From Gemmatimonas sp. (GTDB lineage: Bacteria > Gemmatimonadota > Gemmatimonadetes > Gemmatimonadales > Gemmatimonadaceae), in assembly GCA_965279375.1 (NCBI GenBank), contig OZ257156.1, positions 2,112,001 to 2,176,000 on the forward strand: a stretch of 64,000 bases of DNA, given 5' to 3'. Of this stretch, positions 1 to 9,557 are shown one piece after another. The translations under genes were made by a program, and so were the position numbers. Numbering within the stretch: the stretch's first letter is position 1; every line of letters starts with the position of its first letter. Below the pieces are notes generated by a model. It saw only the letters and a list, made by a program, of their open reading frames with translations, did not search any database and was not told the origin of the DNA.

Positions 1-1392
1 ATTCGACTCGAGGACGAGCGGGCCGCGCTGATGGAACGTGTGACGGATGCCTTCATCTCGCTGGATTTCGACGGTCGCGTCACGTGGATCAATGAGAAGG
101 CCGCGAGCCGCGCGGGTCGACGACCGGATGAAATGCTCGGCCTGCACCTGTTCCCGGACTTTTCGGACAGTTTCAGTGACACGCTTCGGCTGGCGTGTCA
201 GCAGGTGCAGCACGAGCAAGTGCCGAAATCGATCGAAGTGTACTTCCGACCATTGCAACGGTGGTACGAGGCCCGAATCTATCCGTCGGCAACGGGCATC
301 TCGATTTTTTCGTCGGATGTCACCGAGCGGAAGCAGGCCGAGGCCGCGCTGAATCTCAGTGAGGCACGTTTTCGCGTTCTCGTAGAACAAGGCGCTGACG
401 TGATCTTCATGCTCGACCGCGCTGGCGACATCATCTGGTGTAGTCCGTCGGTGACGAAGGTCATCGGCTACGATCCGGCGGAACTGCTCGGGCGACCCGC
501 GATCTCTCTGGTCCATCCTGACGACCGGCCACGTTCGATCGATCTCGTGACGGCCGCGATGCGGGACCCTGGACTCACCACCTCGGACGAGTTCCGCGTC
601 CTCCACCGTGACGGAAGCCTCCGCGTCATCGAGGGGTTCGGGGTCAATCGCTTTGACGATCCCTCGTTTGGGGCGTTCGTGGGCAGTTGGCACGACATCA
701 CCGAGCAGCGAGACGCCGAGCAGGTGCTGACGGAGTCGGCGGACCAACTGCGACGCCTGACGCAGCGACTGCAGATCGTTCGCGAGGAGGAGCAGGCGCT
801 GCTTTCCCGCGACCTGCATGACCGACTCGGTCAGGCCCTCACCATGCTCAAACTGGGACTGGCGCGCGTCACCGACAGTGTCATCTCGGGCGATATCGGG
901 GCAGCGACCGATCTGCGTCAGCTGAGTAGCGACGTTGACGCGCTGGTGCAGACGACGCGACAGATCTCCGCCGACCTGCGGCCACCGCTGCTCGACGACT
1001 TCGGACTGGCGGCTGCACTCGAGTGGGCGGCGCAGCGGTTCGCTGCGCGCACGGGACTCGCGTGCACCGCGGAGACGAACGATGTCGATCTGCGTCCCGA
1101 AATCTCCCGCGCGTTTTATGCCATCACGCAAGAGGCGCTGACCAACGTCGCTCGGCATGCTGAGGCGACTGCCGTCACGATTCGATTGGCGTACGTGAAT
1201 GCGCACGTCCAGTTGGACGTGGAAGACGATGGTGTGGGCATTTCACCAACGACGCTGCACTTCGGCGACACGCTTGGACTGCTCGGCATGCGAGAGCGGG
1301 CCACTTCCGTCGGTGCGCGCTTGGAGATCGTGCCCGGAGCAGAGTGCGGCACCGTCGTGTCGATACGGATTCCCAGGGAGACAGTCGCATGA
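1..1392 (+). CDS. PAS-domain sensor histidine kinase, HisKA_3 (NarX/UhpB-type); probably 5'-truncated by the window edge
   Basis: Frame is open from base 1. Two PAS domains, H-box SRDLHDRLGQ, N-box QEALTNVARHA, G1 DDGVG, G2 LGLLGMRERA. Confidence 0.92.
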   Translation: MRLEDERAALMERVTDAFISLDFDGRVTWINEKAASRAGRRPDEMLGLHLFPDFSDSFSDTLRLACQQVQHEQVPKSIEVYFRPLQRWYEARIYPSATGISIFSSDVTERKQAEAALNLSEARFRVLVEQGADVIFMLDRAGDIIWCSPSVTKVIGYDPAELLGRPAISLVHPDDRPRSIDLVTAAMRDPGLTTSDEFRVLHRDGSLRVIEGFGVNRFDDPSFGAFVGSWHDITEQRDAEQVLTESADQLRRLTQRLQIVREEEQALLSRDLHDRLGQALTMLKLGLARVTDSVISGDIGAATDLRQLSSDVDALVQTTRQISADLRPPLLDDFGLAAALEWAAQRFAARTGLACTAETNDVDLRPEISRAFYAITQEALTNVARHAEATAVTIRLAYVNAHVQLDVEDDGVGISPTTLHFGDTLGLLGMRERATSVGARLEIVPGAECGTVVSIRIPRETVA

Positions 1393-2024
1393 TTCGCGTC
1401 CTGCTGGCGGATGACCATCCGATGCTCCGCCGCGGGCTGGCCTCGCTGCTGGATGCACAGTCCGACATCCGCGTGGTCGGCGAGGTCGGCAGCGCGGACG
1501 AATTGTTCACCCTCCTCGCGAATACCAGCGTCCATGTGCTGGTGCTCGACGTCTCCATGCCCGGACCGGGACTGGCGGCTGTGCTCAAGACGCTCCGCGA
1601 CGAGCACCGTGGCGTGCGTACGATCATACTGAGCATGTATCCCGAGGAGCAGTTCGCCCCGCGCGCGCTGCGCGATGGCGCGCTTGGCTACCTGACCAAG
1701 GACCAGTCGCCCGAGATGCTGGTGACGGCCGTGCGAAAAGTCGCGGCGGGTGGCGTGTTCGTCACACCGACATTGGCTGAGCTGCTGGTCGCCGGATTGA
1801 CGACCGACGTCGACCGACCGCCGCATGAGTTGCTTTCCAGTCGTGAGATGGCAGTCTTTCGTGCCATTGGCGCGGGTCGCAGCTTGAAGGAGGTAGCCGG
1901 CGCCCTTGGGATCAGTCCAAAGACCGCCAGCACCTACCGGGTTCGCATACTCGAAAAGCTGGGAGTGACGTCGAACGCAGACATCGTTCGCTACGCCGTG
2001 CGGCACGGACTCGCCGCGGAGTAG
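1389..2024 (+). CDS. NarL/LuxR-family response regulator, UvrY/GacA-like
   Basis: ATGA overlap with the kinase stop. Receiver motifs ADDH, LDVSMPG, GYLTK; LuxR HTH LSSRE...ISPKTASTYRVRILEKL. Confidence 0.93.
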   Translation: MIRVLLADDHPMLRRGLASLLDAQSDIRVVGEVGSADELFTLLANTSVHVLVLDVSMPGPGLAAVLKTLRDEHRGVRTIILSMYPEEQFAPRALRDGALGYLTKDQSPEMLVTAVRKVAAGGVFVTPTLAELLVAGLTTDVDRPPHELLSSREMAVFRAIGAGRSLKEVAGALGISPKTASTYRVRILEKLGVTSNADIVRYAVRHGLAAE

Positions 2025-2046
2025 TGTCGTCCCGCGCTGGCGGCCA

Positions 2047-2064
2047 TGTCGGCGCAGTCCTACA
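2047..2064. promoter_or_regulatory. Imperfect palindrome TGTCGG-N6-CCTACA, candidate operator of the adjacent regulator
   Basis: Intergenic; same geometry as the GacA/UvrY box TGTAAG-N6-CTTACA; further CGAC half-site-like words at 2070-2074 and 2081-2085. Confidence 0.45.
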
Positions 2065-2120
2065 CGAGACGACACGAACGCCGACGCGCGCGCTCAGCGG
2101 GGCGCGCCTAGCGTTCCGGA

Positions 2121-2501
2121 ATGAGATTATTTGTCGTAGAAGATTCGACGCCGTTCAGGCGCGTACTCCTGACGCAGCTGTCGCAATTGCCCAATGTGCA
2201 GGTCATCGGATCCGCGGCGACTGTCGCGGAGGCGATTGAAGGCATCGCGCAGACTGCGCCCGACCTGCTGACGCTCGATCTCCGCCTCGGCCGGCAGAGT
2301 GGTGTGGAGGTGCTCGTGACGGTTCGAGCGGCGCGGCCCGATGTCACGATCATCGTGCTGACCAATCATGCCGATTCGACGTGTCGCGCTCGCTGTCTCG
2401 CAGCCGGCGCGAACCACTTCTTCGACAAATCCACCGAGTTCGACGCCGCGGTGTCGCTCATTCGTGCGCAAGCAGTTGCCCAGCCGGGGGGCCACTCATG
2501 A
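2121..2501 (+). CDS. Single-domain response regulator (receiver only)
   Basis: VVEDS, LDLRL, VLTN and FFDKS receiver motifs; no output domain. Confidence 0.88.
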   Translation: MRLFVVEDSTPFRRVLLTQLSQLPNVQVIGSAATVAEAIEGIAQTAPDLLTLDLRLGRQSGVEVLVTVRAARPDVTIIVLTNHADSTCRARCLAAGANHFFDKSTEFDAAVSLIRAQAVAQPGGHS

Positions 2502-3289
2502 GCATGAATTCTCAGGCCGGCGTAGAAAGCGCGAGAGCACGCGCGACCGAGCCTCACCTGCTCGAGGCTGTAGGGCAGTTCTCGCTGGGGATCGCGCACG
2601 ACTTCAACACGCTGCTCACGATCATCGCGTCCAACGCGTCCATCCTCGCAGAGACCTATCCCAACGAGTCGGACGTACCCTGCGAACTGAAGGCGGTTGG
2701 TCACGCCGCGCAGCGCGGCGCGCAGATGGTTCGTCGCCTGATGCTCTTTGCTCGTCACCAGTCGGTCCAGCTGTCGACGATAGGAATCGACGACGTCATG
2801 GTCGGCATGCCGGAACAGATCCGCGCGCTCCTTCCGGACAATGTGTCGCTTGAATCCGTCGTCGATCGTACACCATTGCTTGTGACAGCGGACAGCGGCG
2901 TCCTGGAGGAGATTCTGTTGAACCTCGCCACCAATGCGCGGGACGCGATGCCGAGCGGTGGTTCGCTGGTTTTGTCCGCCACGCGAACATTCCGCTGCAG
3001 CGCAACCGACGTACGCGGCAACGTCATTCCGCGAGGCGAGTACGTGGAGATCACGGTGGGCGATACCGGCACCGGGCTGGACGAGCGAACGCGCGAGCGC
3101 ATGTTCGAACCGTTCTTCTCCACCAAACACACCGGCGCTGGCGCCGGCCTCGGTCTCGCCATGAGCTACGCGCTCGTGCGGCAGTTGAACGGGTATATGG
3201 ACGTCGATTCCGTGCAGCACGTGGGTACTCGCGTGACGCTCATACTGCCGGCTCTTCCTCGACTGGCGAGAGCCGCGACGCGTCCATGA
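2498..3289 (+). CDS. Histidine kinase core (HisKA + HATPase_c) without a sensor domain
   Basis: ATGA overlap at 2498. GIAHDFN H-box, NLATNARDAM, DTGTG, FEPFFSTK, GAGLGL. Confidence 0.85.
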   Translation: MSMNSQAGVESARARATEPHLLEAVGQFSLGIAHDFNTLLTIIASNASILAETYPNESDVPCELKAVGHAAQRGAQMVRRLMLFARHQSVQLSTIGIDDVMVGMPEQIRALLPDNVSLESVVDRTPLLVTADSGVLEEILLNLATNARDAMPSGGSLVLSATRTFRCSATDVRGNVIPRGEYVEITVGDTGTGLDERTRERMFEPFFSTKHTGAGAGLGLAMSYALVRQLNGYMDVDSVQHVGTRVTLILPALPRLARAATRP

Positions 3290-3323
3290 CCGTTCGCGCG
3301 ACTGCGCGACGTCGCGAGCCCCG

Positions 3324-5630
3324 CTAGAACGCCATCATCCGCGTGACCTTGAGCGCGATGCTGCGCTCGTTGCGCACGTTCGTTTCGGTATTCTGCCGCT
3401 CGGTATACACCAGGAACACGTCACTGAGCGGCGAGTAGCGCCACGCGAGCCGCGCATTGGTCACGAAGCTCTTGCTCTGCGTGTTGTACTGGACGAAGGT
3501 GCTGCCGAAGAGTGTCGTGGACCACGCGTACTTCACACGCAGGCCGGCCAGGTCTGCCACGAAATCGCCGCTCTTGAGCGACACGTCGTTGCGCTGATAC
3601 GTGCCTTCGAAGCTGACATCGTAGCGCGGCCGCCAGGTCAACCCGCCGTTGTACGCGAGGCGCGAACCGTCGTAGTAGTCGCCGACGTTGAGTCCGACGT
3701 TCCCGTACACGGGATACCGCTGCGTTGTGGTGTAGGTCAATTGCGCGTTTCGGTACGCGTAGGCACCGGCCGGGATCGAGCGGCCCGCGAACGGCGAGAA
3801 CGGACGGTCGAGGCGATCGAACCAGTCGTTCACTTCCAGCTTCAGCTCTCCGTCGGGCTGAAAGAACACATCGAGACCGGCGGTCACCTGATGCGACTGC
3901 GCGCTACCGTCGTAGTCGGCGTAGTAGTCCGCTTCGATGTACGGATTGAGCTCCTGAATGCCACGCAGTTTGGGACGGGCGTGCACACCAGCGGTCGCGT
4001 ATCGCTGCTGGAAGCCACGCCGCCGCACGAACCCCAACCCCGGATCGAAGTTGGCGGACACACGCTTGTACATGGCCGACGTGTTCCAGAGCTTGCCGCG
4101 ATACGCCACCGAGACGCGTCCGGCGCCACCGTCCGAGGTAGACCCGTCGGCGTCGGTCGTGGCGAGATACGAATTGATGATCAGGTTGCCGAACGGGCGT
4201 ATGTTCGCGTCGATGCCGATGGAGCGATTGAAGCTGCCGCTGCCACTATCGCTGTCGGTGGCCTGCCGATTGGAGAAGAGCAGTCCGACATCGGAGTTGC
4301 CGGAGAGATTGCGGCGCACGCGCGCCACCGAAAAGTTCTCGGCCGGCGTGGTGCGCGCACGCTGCGTCTGCATGTCGAGCAAACCGACTTCCCATCCGCC
4401 CACACGTCCGGTGATGCGTCCGCCGCCAACGATGGGAATGGGCAGGCCGTCGGCGGTGAGGCCGATCTGTCGCGAGTTGAAGAGCGTGAAGTCGTTGAGT
4501 GACGATCCCATGCGATAGTTGCGCTCGACGACATCGCCAAAGGTGAACGACCCCGAGTTCTCAATGAAGAACTCACGCCGCTCGGGAAACAGGACACCGA
4601 AGCGCGTCAGGTTCACCACCTGCTGATCCACTTCCACCTGCGAAAAGTCGGTGTTGTAGGTGGCGTCGAGCGTGAGTGATGGCGTGAGGCCGTACTTGAT
4701 GTCTCCGCCCACGTCGCCTTTGCTGCCGAGTGAGCTGCTGGGGACTTGAGCGCCACTGGAGTTGGAGGTGAGCGCGTACGGCTTCACCTGCAGATTGCGT
4801 CCCTGCTTGAGCGCGGAAAGTCCTTCGATGGTGCCCGCCTTGGACATGCGGTGCAGGCGATACTGTCGCTCGAGCGGCGCCCAGTAGGACGTCTCGTTCA
4901 CGCGGCGTACGCGCCGGATGAAGTTGATCCCCCACGATTGGGGATCGCGCCGCGCATCGAAGCGCAGCGTCTTGAGCGGAATCGTCATCTCCACCGTCCA
5001 ACTCGAATCCTGCTGCGACGTCTTGACCGTGTAGATGCCGTCCCATGCCTCGACGATGTTGCGCGAGTCGTTGAACGTTTGCTCGTCGCGCACGGCGCCC
5101 TTGGGATTGACGAGAAACAGGAACGAGTTGCGCTTGTCGTGGAACGTGTCGAGCACGAGTCCGAAGATGTCGCTGTTAGAGGAGACGAAATCGCGTTCCA
5201 GTCCAACCGTGATCGCGCGACCGGGCTCGGGATCGTAGTTCACGCCCGACACGTACAAATGGTCTTCGTCGTAGAGCACCCGCACGTCGGTCCGGAATCG
5301 CGCGCGTTCGCCGGTGTTGGGCAATTGCTGCACGAAGTCAGTCAGTACCATCGCACTTGCCCACGCGGCTTCATCGAGCACGCCGTCCACCTTGATCGGC
5401 GACGTCGTGCGGACAGCGCGCATTGTCGGACGCGGCACGGCCTCGGGGTTGACCACCGTCGGCGCCGGCGCGGGGTTGCTCGGCCCCTGTGCCGCCACTG
5501 GAGTCACGAGCGAGGCGAGCAACGACAGCGCGGCCACTGCCAGCGCTGGCCAGCGGCGCGAAGCGGAGTGGAGTCGCCGTTCGGAGCGCGAGCGGAGACG
5601 GAGGGCCAGATGCAGAAAGCTTTGAGGCAT
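3324..5630 (-). CDS. DUF5916 / CBM9-like domain outer-membrane protein
   Basis: Signal peptide, IKVDGVLDEAAW, LDTFHD, NTDFSQVEVD, FPERREFFIE; C-terminal Phe. Confidence 0.85.
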   Translation of the reverse strand: MPQSFLHLALRLRSRSERRLHSASRRWPALAVAALSLLASLVTPVAAQGPSNPAPAPTVVNPEAVPRPTMRAVRTTSPIKVDGVLDEAAWASAMVLTDFVQQLPNTGERARFRTDVRVLYDEDHLYVSGVNYDPEPGRAITVGLERDFVSSNSDIFGLVLDTFHDKRNSFLFLVNPKGAVRDEQTFNDSRNIVEAWDGIYTVKTSQQDSSWTVEMTIPLKTLRFDARRDPQSWGINFIRRVRRVNETSYWAPLERQYRLHRMSKAGTIEGLSALKQGRNLQVKPYALTSNSSGAQVPSSSLGSKGDVGGDIKYGLTPSLTLDATYNTDFSQVEVDQQVVNLTRFGVLFPERREFFIENSGSFTFGDVVERNYRMGSSLNDFTLFNSRQIGLTADGLPIPIVGGGRITGRVGGWEVGLLDMQTQRARTTPAENFSVARVRRNLSGNSDVGLLFSNRQATDSDSGSGSFNRSIGIDANIRPFGNLIINSYLATTDADGSTSDGGAGRVSVAYRGKLWNTSAMYKRVSANFDPGLGFVRRRGFQQRYATAGVHARPKLRGIQELNPYIEADYYADYDGSAQSHQVTAGLDVFFQPDGELKLEVNDWFDRLDRPFSPFAGRSIPAGAYAYRNAQLTYTTTQRYPVYGNVGLNVGDYYDGSRLAYNGGLTWRPRYDVSFEGTYQRNDVSLKSGDFVADLAGLRVKYAWSTTLFGSTFVQYNTQSKSFVTNARLAWRYSPLSDVFLVYTERQNTETNVRNERSIALKVTRMMAF

Positions 5631-5788
5631 CGCCAATGCTAAGCACCGGGCAAGCGAACGCTACCGTCCGCGTTCGTGCGACGGCGCACGCGAGACGCGT
5701 GCGCTGCCGGCCCTGTGACGGGGGCCGTGTGGTGAATCACGCTCGCGATTGCATTGGCACCGAACTGTCGAGTGCACAGATTACGCGC

Positions 5789-6862
5789 ATGTCGCCCGCC
5801 GTCATCGCACTGATCGCCGTCCTCACCATCGCCGTGGTGGTGATCGTCGTGCTCGTGATTCGCATGAATCGGGAGCCCGTCGCAACGCGCGACGAGTCGG
5901 GGGTGCTGCCGTTGTTCACCAGCCACGGCGTCATGAACGAAGGGGAGGCCCCCGAGGGCTACGAGGAGTTCGACGAGGACGAGGCCGCCGAACGCGCTGC
6001 CCTGCAGCGTGACGTGGCCCGACACGAATCGGCGCAACGCGAGGCCACGCAACGGGAATCCGATCAGCGGGACGCGGCGCAGCGCGAGGCGCTCGAGTTT
6101 GCGGCGTCCGTTCGTGAGGCCGCCGCGCGGGAGGCCGCCCAGCGAGCGGCAGCGCAACGGGCCGCTGCGACAGCGGCGGCAGCGGCTGCAGCCGCGGCAA
6201 CGGGCCCGGCTGCCAGCGCGGCCGCGACGCCCGGAAGCGGCACATCGGCAGGCACATCAGCGGCCTCGATCAGTCCGGATGAGCTTGCTCGGCTTCGCGC
6301 GGCGGCCTCAGCCGCACCGAATGGAGCGCCGCGGACGCCGCCACCTCCCGCATCGACGCGTCCCCAAGCGCCGCCGTCGGTCCGCACCTTCAACACGGCT
6401 ACGCCGCTGCGACAGGCACCGCCCGTGGCGAATCCGTCGCCCGCGCCGTCCCCGTCTGCGATTCCGCCGGCACGGACTGGAGACACCGAGTCCACGATCA
6501 ACTTCAATATCCCCAATGACGGGACGTTGCAGTTTCTCCCCGGCCGCCTCGAGGTGGCGTCAGGACGGGACTCCGGTCGCGAAATCCGCTTCGTGCGGCT
6601 GCCGGGGCCGAATGGTGGCGAGTTCACCTTCGGCCGGAGCGAAGGGGAGCTCTATCGGCACATTCAGCTTCGCGACCAGACGGTGAGCCGCGCGCACGCG
6701 AAGATGCGCTTCGCTGAGGGACGCTGGATGCTGCAGAATCTCTCGCAGACCAACCCCGTCGTGCACGATGGCCGTCCCCTCGCCACCGGCGAGGAGCTGC
6801 CGCTGGAAGATGGTGCCCGAATCGAGATGGGCGAGGTACTTTTTGCGTTCAAGAATCGGTAG
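5789..6862 (+). CDS. Membrane-anchored FHA domain protein
   Basis: N-terminal hydrophobic helix, Ala/Pro-rich linker, C-terminal FHA motifs FGRS, TVSRAHA, SQTNP. Confidence 0.85.
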   Translation: MSPAVIALIAVLTIAVVVIVVLVIRMNREPVATRDESGVLPLFTSHGVMNEGEAPEGYEEFDEDEAAERAALQRDVARHESAQREATQRESDQRDAAQREALEFAASVREAAAREAAQRAAAQRAAATAAAAAAAAATGPAASAAATPGSGTSAGTSAASISPDELARLRAAASAAPNGAPRTPPPPASTRPQAPPSVRTFNTATPLRQAPPVANPSPAPSPSAIPPARTGDTESTINFNIPNDGTLQFLPGRLEVASGRDSGREIRFVRLPGPNGGEFTFGRSEGELYRHIQLRDQTVSRAHAKMRFAEGRWMLQNLSQTNPVVHDGRPLATGEELPLEDGARIEMGEVLFAFKNR

Positions 6863-6907
6863 CTCTATCCCACCCGGCCATTCGTGGCGCGGAGTATTCA
6901 CGGCGCG

Positions 6908-9550
6908 ATGAACGAAGAGCGGGAAGAGAACGAGGTCAAGGACCTCGAAGAGTCCTACACACTGCTGGGCGAACTCGGACGCGGCGGCAGCGCGATTGTC
7001 TATCGCGCCCGCGACCGCGCGCTGCATCGTGAAGTGGCCATCAAGGTCGTGCGTCCGCGGCTGGCCGTCTCCGGCGAGGAGGCAATGGAGCGCCTCGCCC
7101 GCGAAGCGCGCACGGTCGCTCGCCTGCAGCACCCGAACATCGTCACCGTCCACGCCGTCGGGCGCATTCGCGACGGTGGGCTGGCGCTCGTCATGCAGCT
7201 CATTCCGGGGCGCACGCTCAAGCAGGCGCTCGCCGAGGATGGGGCCTTCGCACCCGAGCGTGCGGAGAAAGTGGTCAAGGACATCGCCGACGCACTCGCT
7301 TTCGCCCATGCCAACGGCGTCGTGCATCGCGACGTCAAGCCGGAAAACATCTTTCTCGACAGCAACACGGGACGCGCACTCCTCAGCGATTTCGGCATCG
7401 CGCATTCCAACGAGTTCGAGTCCCGCTTGACGATGGACGGCGCCACGATCGGTACGCCGGCCTACATGTCGCCAGAGCAGATCGACGGTGCACCGGCCAA
7501 CGCACGCTCCGATGTCTACAGCCTCGGCCTGGTCGCGTGGGAGATGCTCACGAACGAGCGCCCGTGGGAAGGCGAAGCCCTGTACAACGTCATCTTCAAG
7601 CAGAAGAACGAAGATCTCCCTGCGATTGACTCGATTCGCCCCGGCGAAGTTCCGCCGCGGCTGCAGTACATCATCGAACGCATGATGCAGAAGCGCCCGT
7701 CCGCGCGATGGGCCGGTGCGGACGGCCTGCTCTCGGCGCTCAACAACTGGGTCGTGCCGAGCGATTGGCGTCAGTGGGAGGAATCGCATCGGCGTCGCCG
7801 AGAGGCGGAGAAGAACAAGCCGCGTCCGAAGCCTGCCCCGGTCGATCCGACGTCGGCCGCCACGGTGCGTTTCGTTCGTCCGACGGAGGGCGTGGTGCCG
7901 TCGGTCGCGCCCAGCACGGCCATCCCGTCCTCCACCAACGCGCCTACCGCTGCGGCGGTGACTGCCAACAGCGCCGAGGATGAAGCCCCGTCGTGGGCGA
8001 CCGCCGAGCCGCGCTCCAACGTGCGACGCTGGGCGCTGGCGGGCGGCCTGCTGTTGTTGGTGGGCGGCGGTGGCGTGGCGACGTACGTGAGTCAGCGTGC
8101 GGCCAACGACAATGTCGCGCCCGCGGCCACGCTCACCGACTCGCGCTCGGTCGAAATGCCGATCGTCGCGGGCCCCACGACAGACTCACTCGGCGCGCCC
8201 ATCGACTCGACCACGCGCTCGCCCGCCGACTCGATGCGGATGGCGGAGGCGATTCGACCCGACAGCGTGCTCGCCGATTCACTGGCGAAGGCTGCACGTC
8301 GCGCGGCCGCTGCTCAGGCAGCGGCAAATCGTGCTGCGGCCGCGATGGCAGCGGGCGCTTCCGGCGCGCCCGGCGCAGCGACCGTTGCTGCACCGGTTGC
8401 TGCACCGACGCGGCCACCCACGGCGCCTGTCGCGGCTGCGACACCGGCCCCGGGCCCTGCCGTCGAGCCCAGTCGCGGCGAATCGGTGCGCGCGACCGAC
8501 GACGCCGCTGTCGTGGCCGCCGGCGGTCGGCATAGCTGCACGCTGGTGAGCAGCAAGGTCTACTGCTGGGGAGCAAACGAGCGCGGGCAGTTGGGCGACG
8601 GCGATGTCGAGTCGCGCGAGACGCCGGAGCCGATCGTTGGCGATCTGGCCTTCTCGCAGATCACGACTGGCCTGGAGCACACCTGCGGTATCTCGCGCGG
8701 TGAAGCCTATTGCTGGGGATCGGACGAACGTGGTCAGCTCGGCGATGCGACCACCACCTCGCGGAGCGCACCGGTGCGCGTGTCGGGGAGCTATTCGTTC
8801 CGGCAACTGCGTGCGGGCATCGCGCATACGTGCGGCCTGACGACGAGTGGCGACGTTGCCTGCTGGGGCGCCAACAGCAACGGACAGTTAGGCGATGGCG
8901 GCGGCAGCACGCGCTCGTCGCCGGTGCTGGTGGGCGGCGGCATGCGGTTCATCTCGGTCACGGCCGGCTGGAATCACAGCTGCGCGCTGGCGAGCGACGG
9001 ATCGGCGTGGTGCTGGGGCGCGAATGCTGGCGGCCAGTTGGGCAACGGGACGAGGGCCGATGCGCGCGCACCGGTGGCGGTGGCGGGCGGGCTCAAGTTC
9101 ACGAGTATCGCGGCCGGCGGTACACACACCTGCGCGGTCTCGGAAGAAGGGGAAGCGTTCTGCTGGGGGCGCAACTCCTTCGGGCAGTTGGGAACGGGCG
9201 GTTCCACCGATCAGCCATCGCCCACACGCGTGAGCACGCAGACGCGGTTCGTGTCAGTGACGGCGGGTGGCGTGCACACCTGTGCGCGCACGCGCGGCGG
9301 GCAGGGGTGGTGCTGGGGACGCAACGTCTACGGCCAGCTCGGCGATGGCAGCGTGAACAATCGGGACACTCCGGCGCGCGTCGCCGCGTCGGCAGGTTTC
9401 GCCTCGCTCAACGCGACCGGCGCGCACACCTGCGGCGCGGCCACCGATGGGGAGACGTACTGCTGGGGGTTCAACGTGGAAGGTCAGTTGGGTGATGGCA
9501 CGCGCAATCATAGTCCGCGCCCGATGCGCGTCACGATGACGCCCAAGTGA
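6908..9550 (+). CDS. Hanks-type Ser/Thr kinase with TM helix and 7 RCC1/BLIP-II-like repeats
   Basis: GRGGSAIVY, VAIK, HRDVKPEN, DFG, GTPAYMSPEQ; TM ALAGGLLLLVGGGG; seven H[ST]C...CWGx[ND]xxGQLG units. Confidence 0.93.
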   Translation: MNEEREENEVKDLEESYTLLGELGRGGSAIVYRARDRALHREVAIKVVRPRLAVSGEEAMERLAREARTVARLQHPNIVTVHAVGRIRDGGLALVMQLIPGRTLKQALAEDGAFAPERAEKVVKDIADALAFAHANGVVHRDVKPENIFLDSNTGRALLSDFGIAHSNEFESRLTMDGATIGTPAYMSPEQIDGAPANARSDVYSLGLVAWEMLTNERPWEGEALYNVIFKQKNEDLPAIDSIRPGEVPPRLQYIIERMMQKRPSARWAGADGLLSALNNWVVPSDWRQWEESHRRRREAEKNKPRPKPAPVDPTSAATVRFVRPTEGVVPSVAPSTAIPSSTNAPTAAAVTANSAEDEAPSWATAEPRSNVRRWALAGGLLLLVGGGGVATYVSQRAANDNVAPAATLTDSRSVEMPIVAGPTTDSLGAPIDSTTRSPADSMRMAEAIRPDSVLADSLAKAARRAAAAQAAANRAAAAMAAGASGAPGAATVAAPVAAPTRPPTAPVAAATPAPGPAVEPSRGESVRATDDAAVVAAGGRHSCTLVSSKVYCWGANERGQLGDGDVESRETPEPIVGDLAFSQITTGLEHTCGISRGEAYCWGSDERGQLGDATTTSRSAPVRVSGSYSFRQLRAGIAHTCGLTTSGDVACWGANSNGQLGDGGGSTRSSPVLVGGGMRFISVTAGWNHSCALASDGSAWCWGANAGGQLGNGTRADARAPVAVAGGLKFTSIAAGGTHTCAVSEEGEAFCWGRNSFGQLGTGGSTDQPSPTRVSTQTRFVSVTAGGVHTCARTRGGQGWCWGRNVYGQLGDGSVNNRDTPARVAASAGFASLNATGAHTCGAATDGETYCWGFNVEGQLGDGTRNHSPRPMRVTMTPK

Positions 9551-9557
9551 GCAACGC

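Noticed and set aside
6000..6240. AQRE/AAA quasi-repeats in the FHA gene
   Set aside because: Ordinary low-complexity helical linker.
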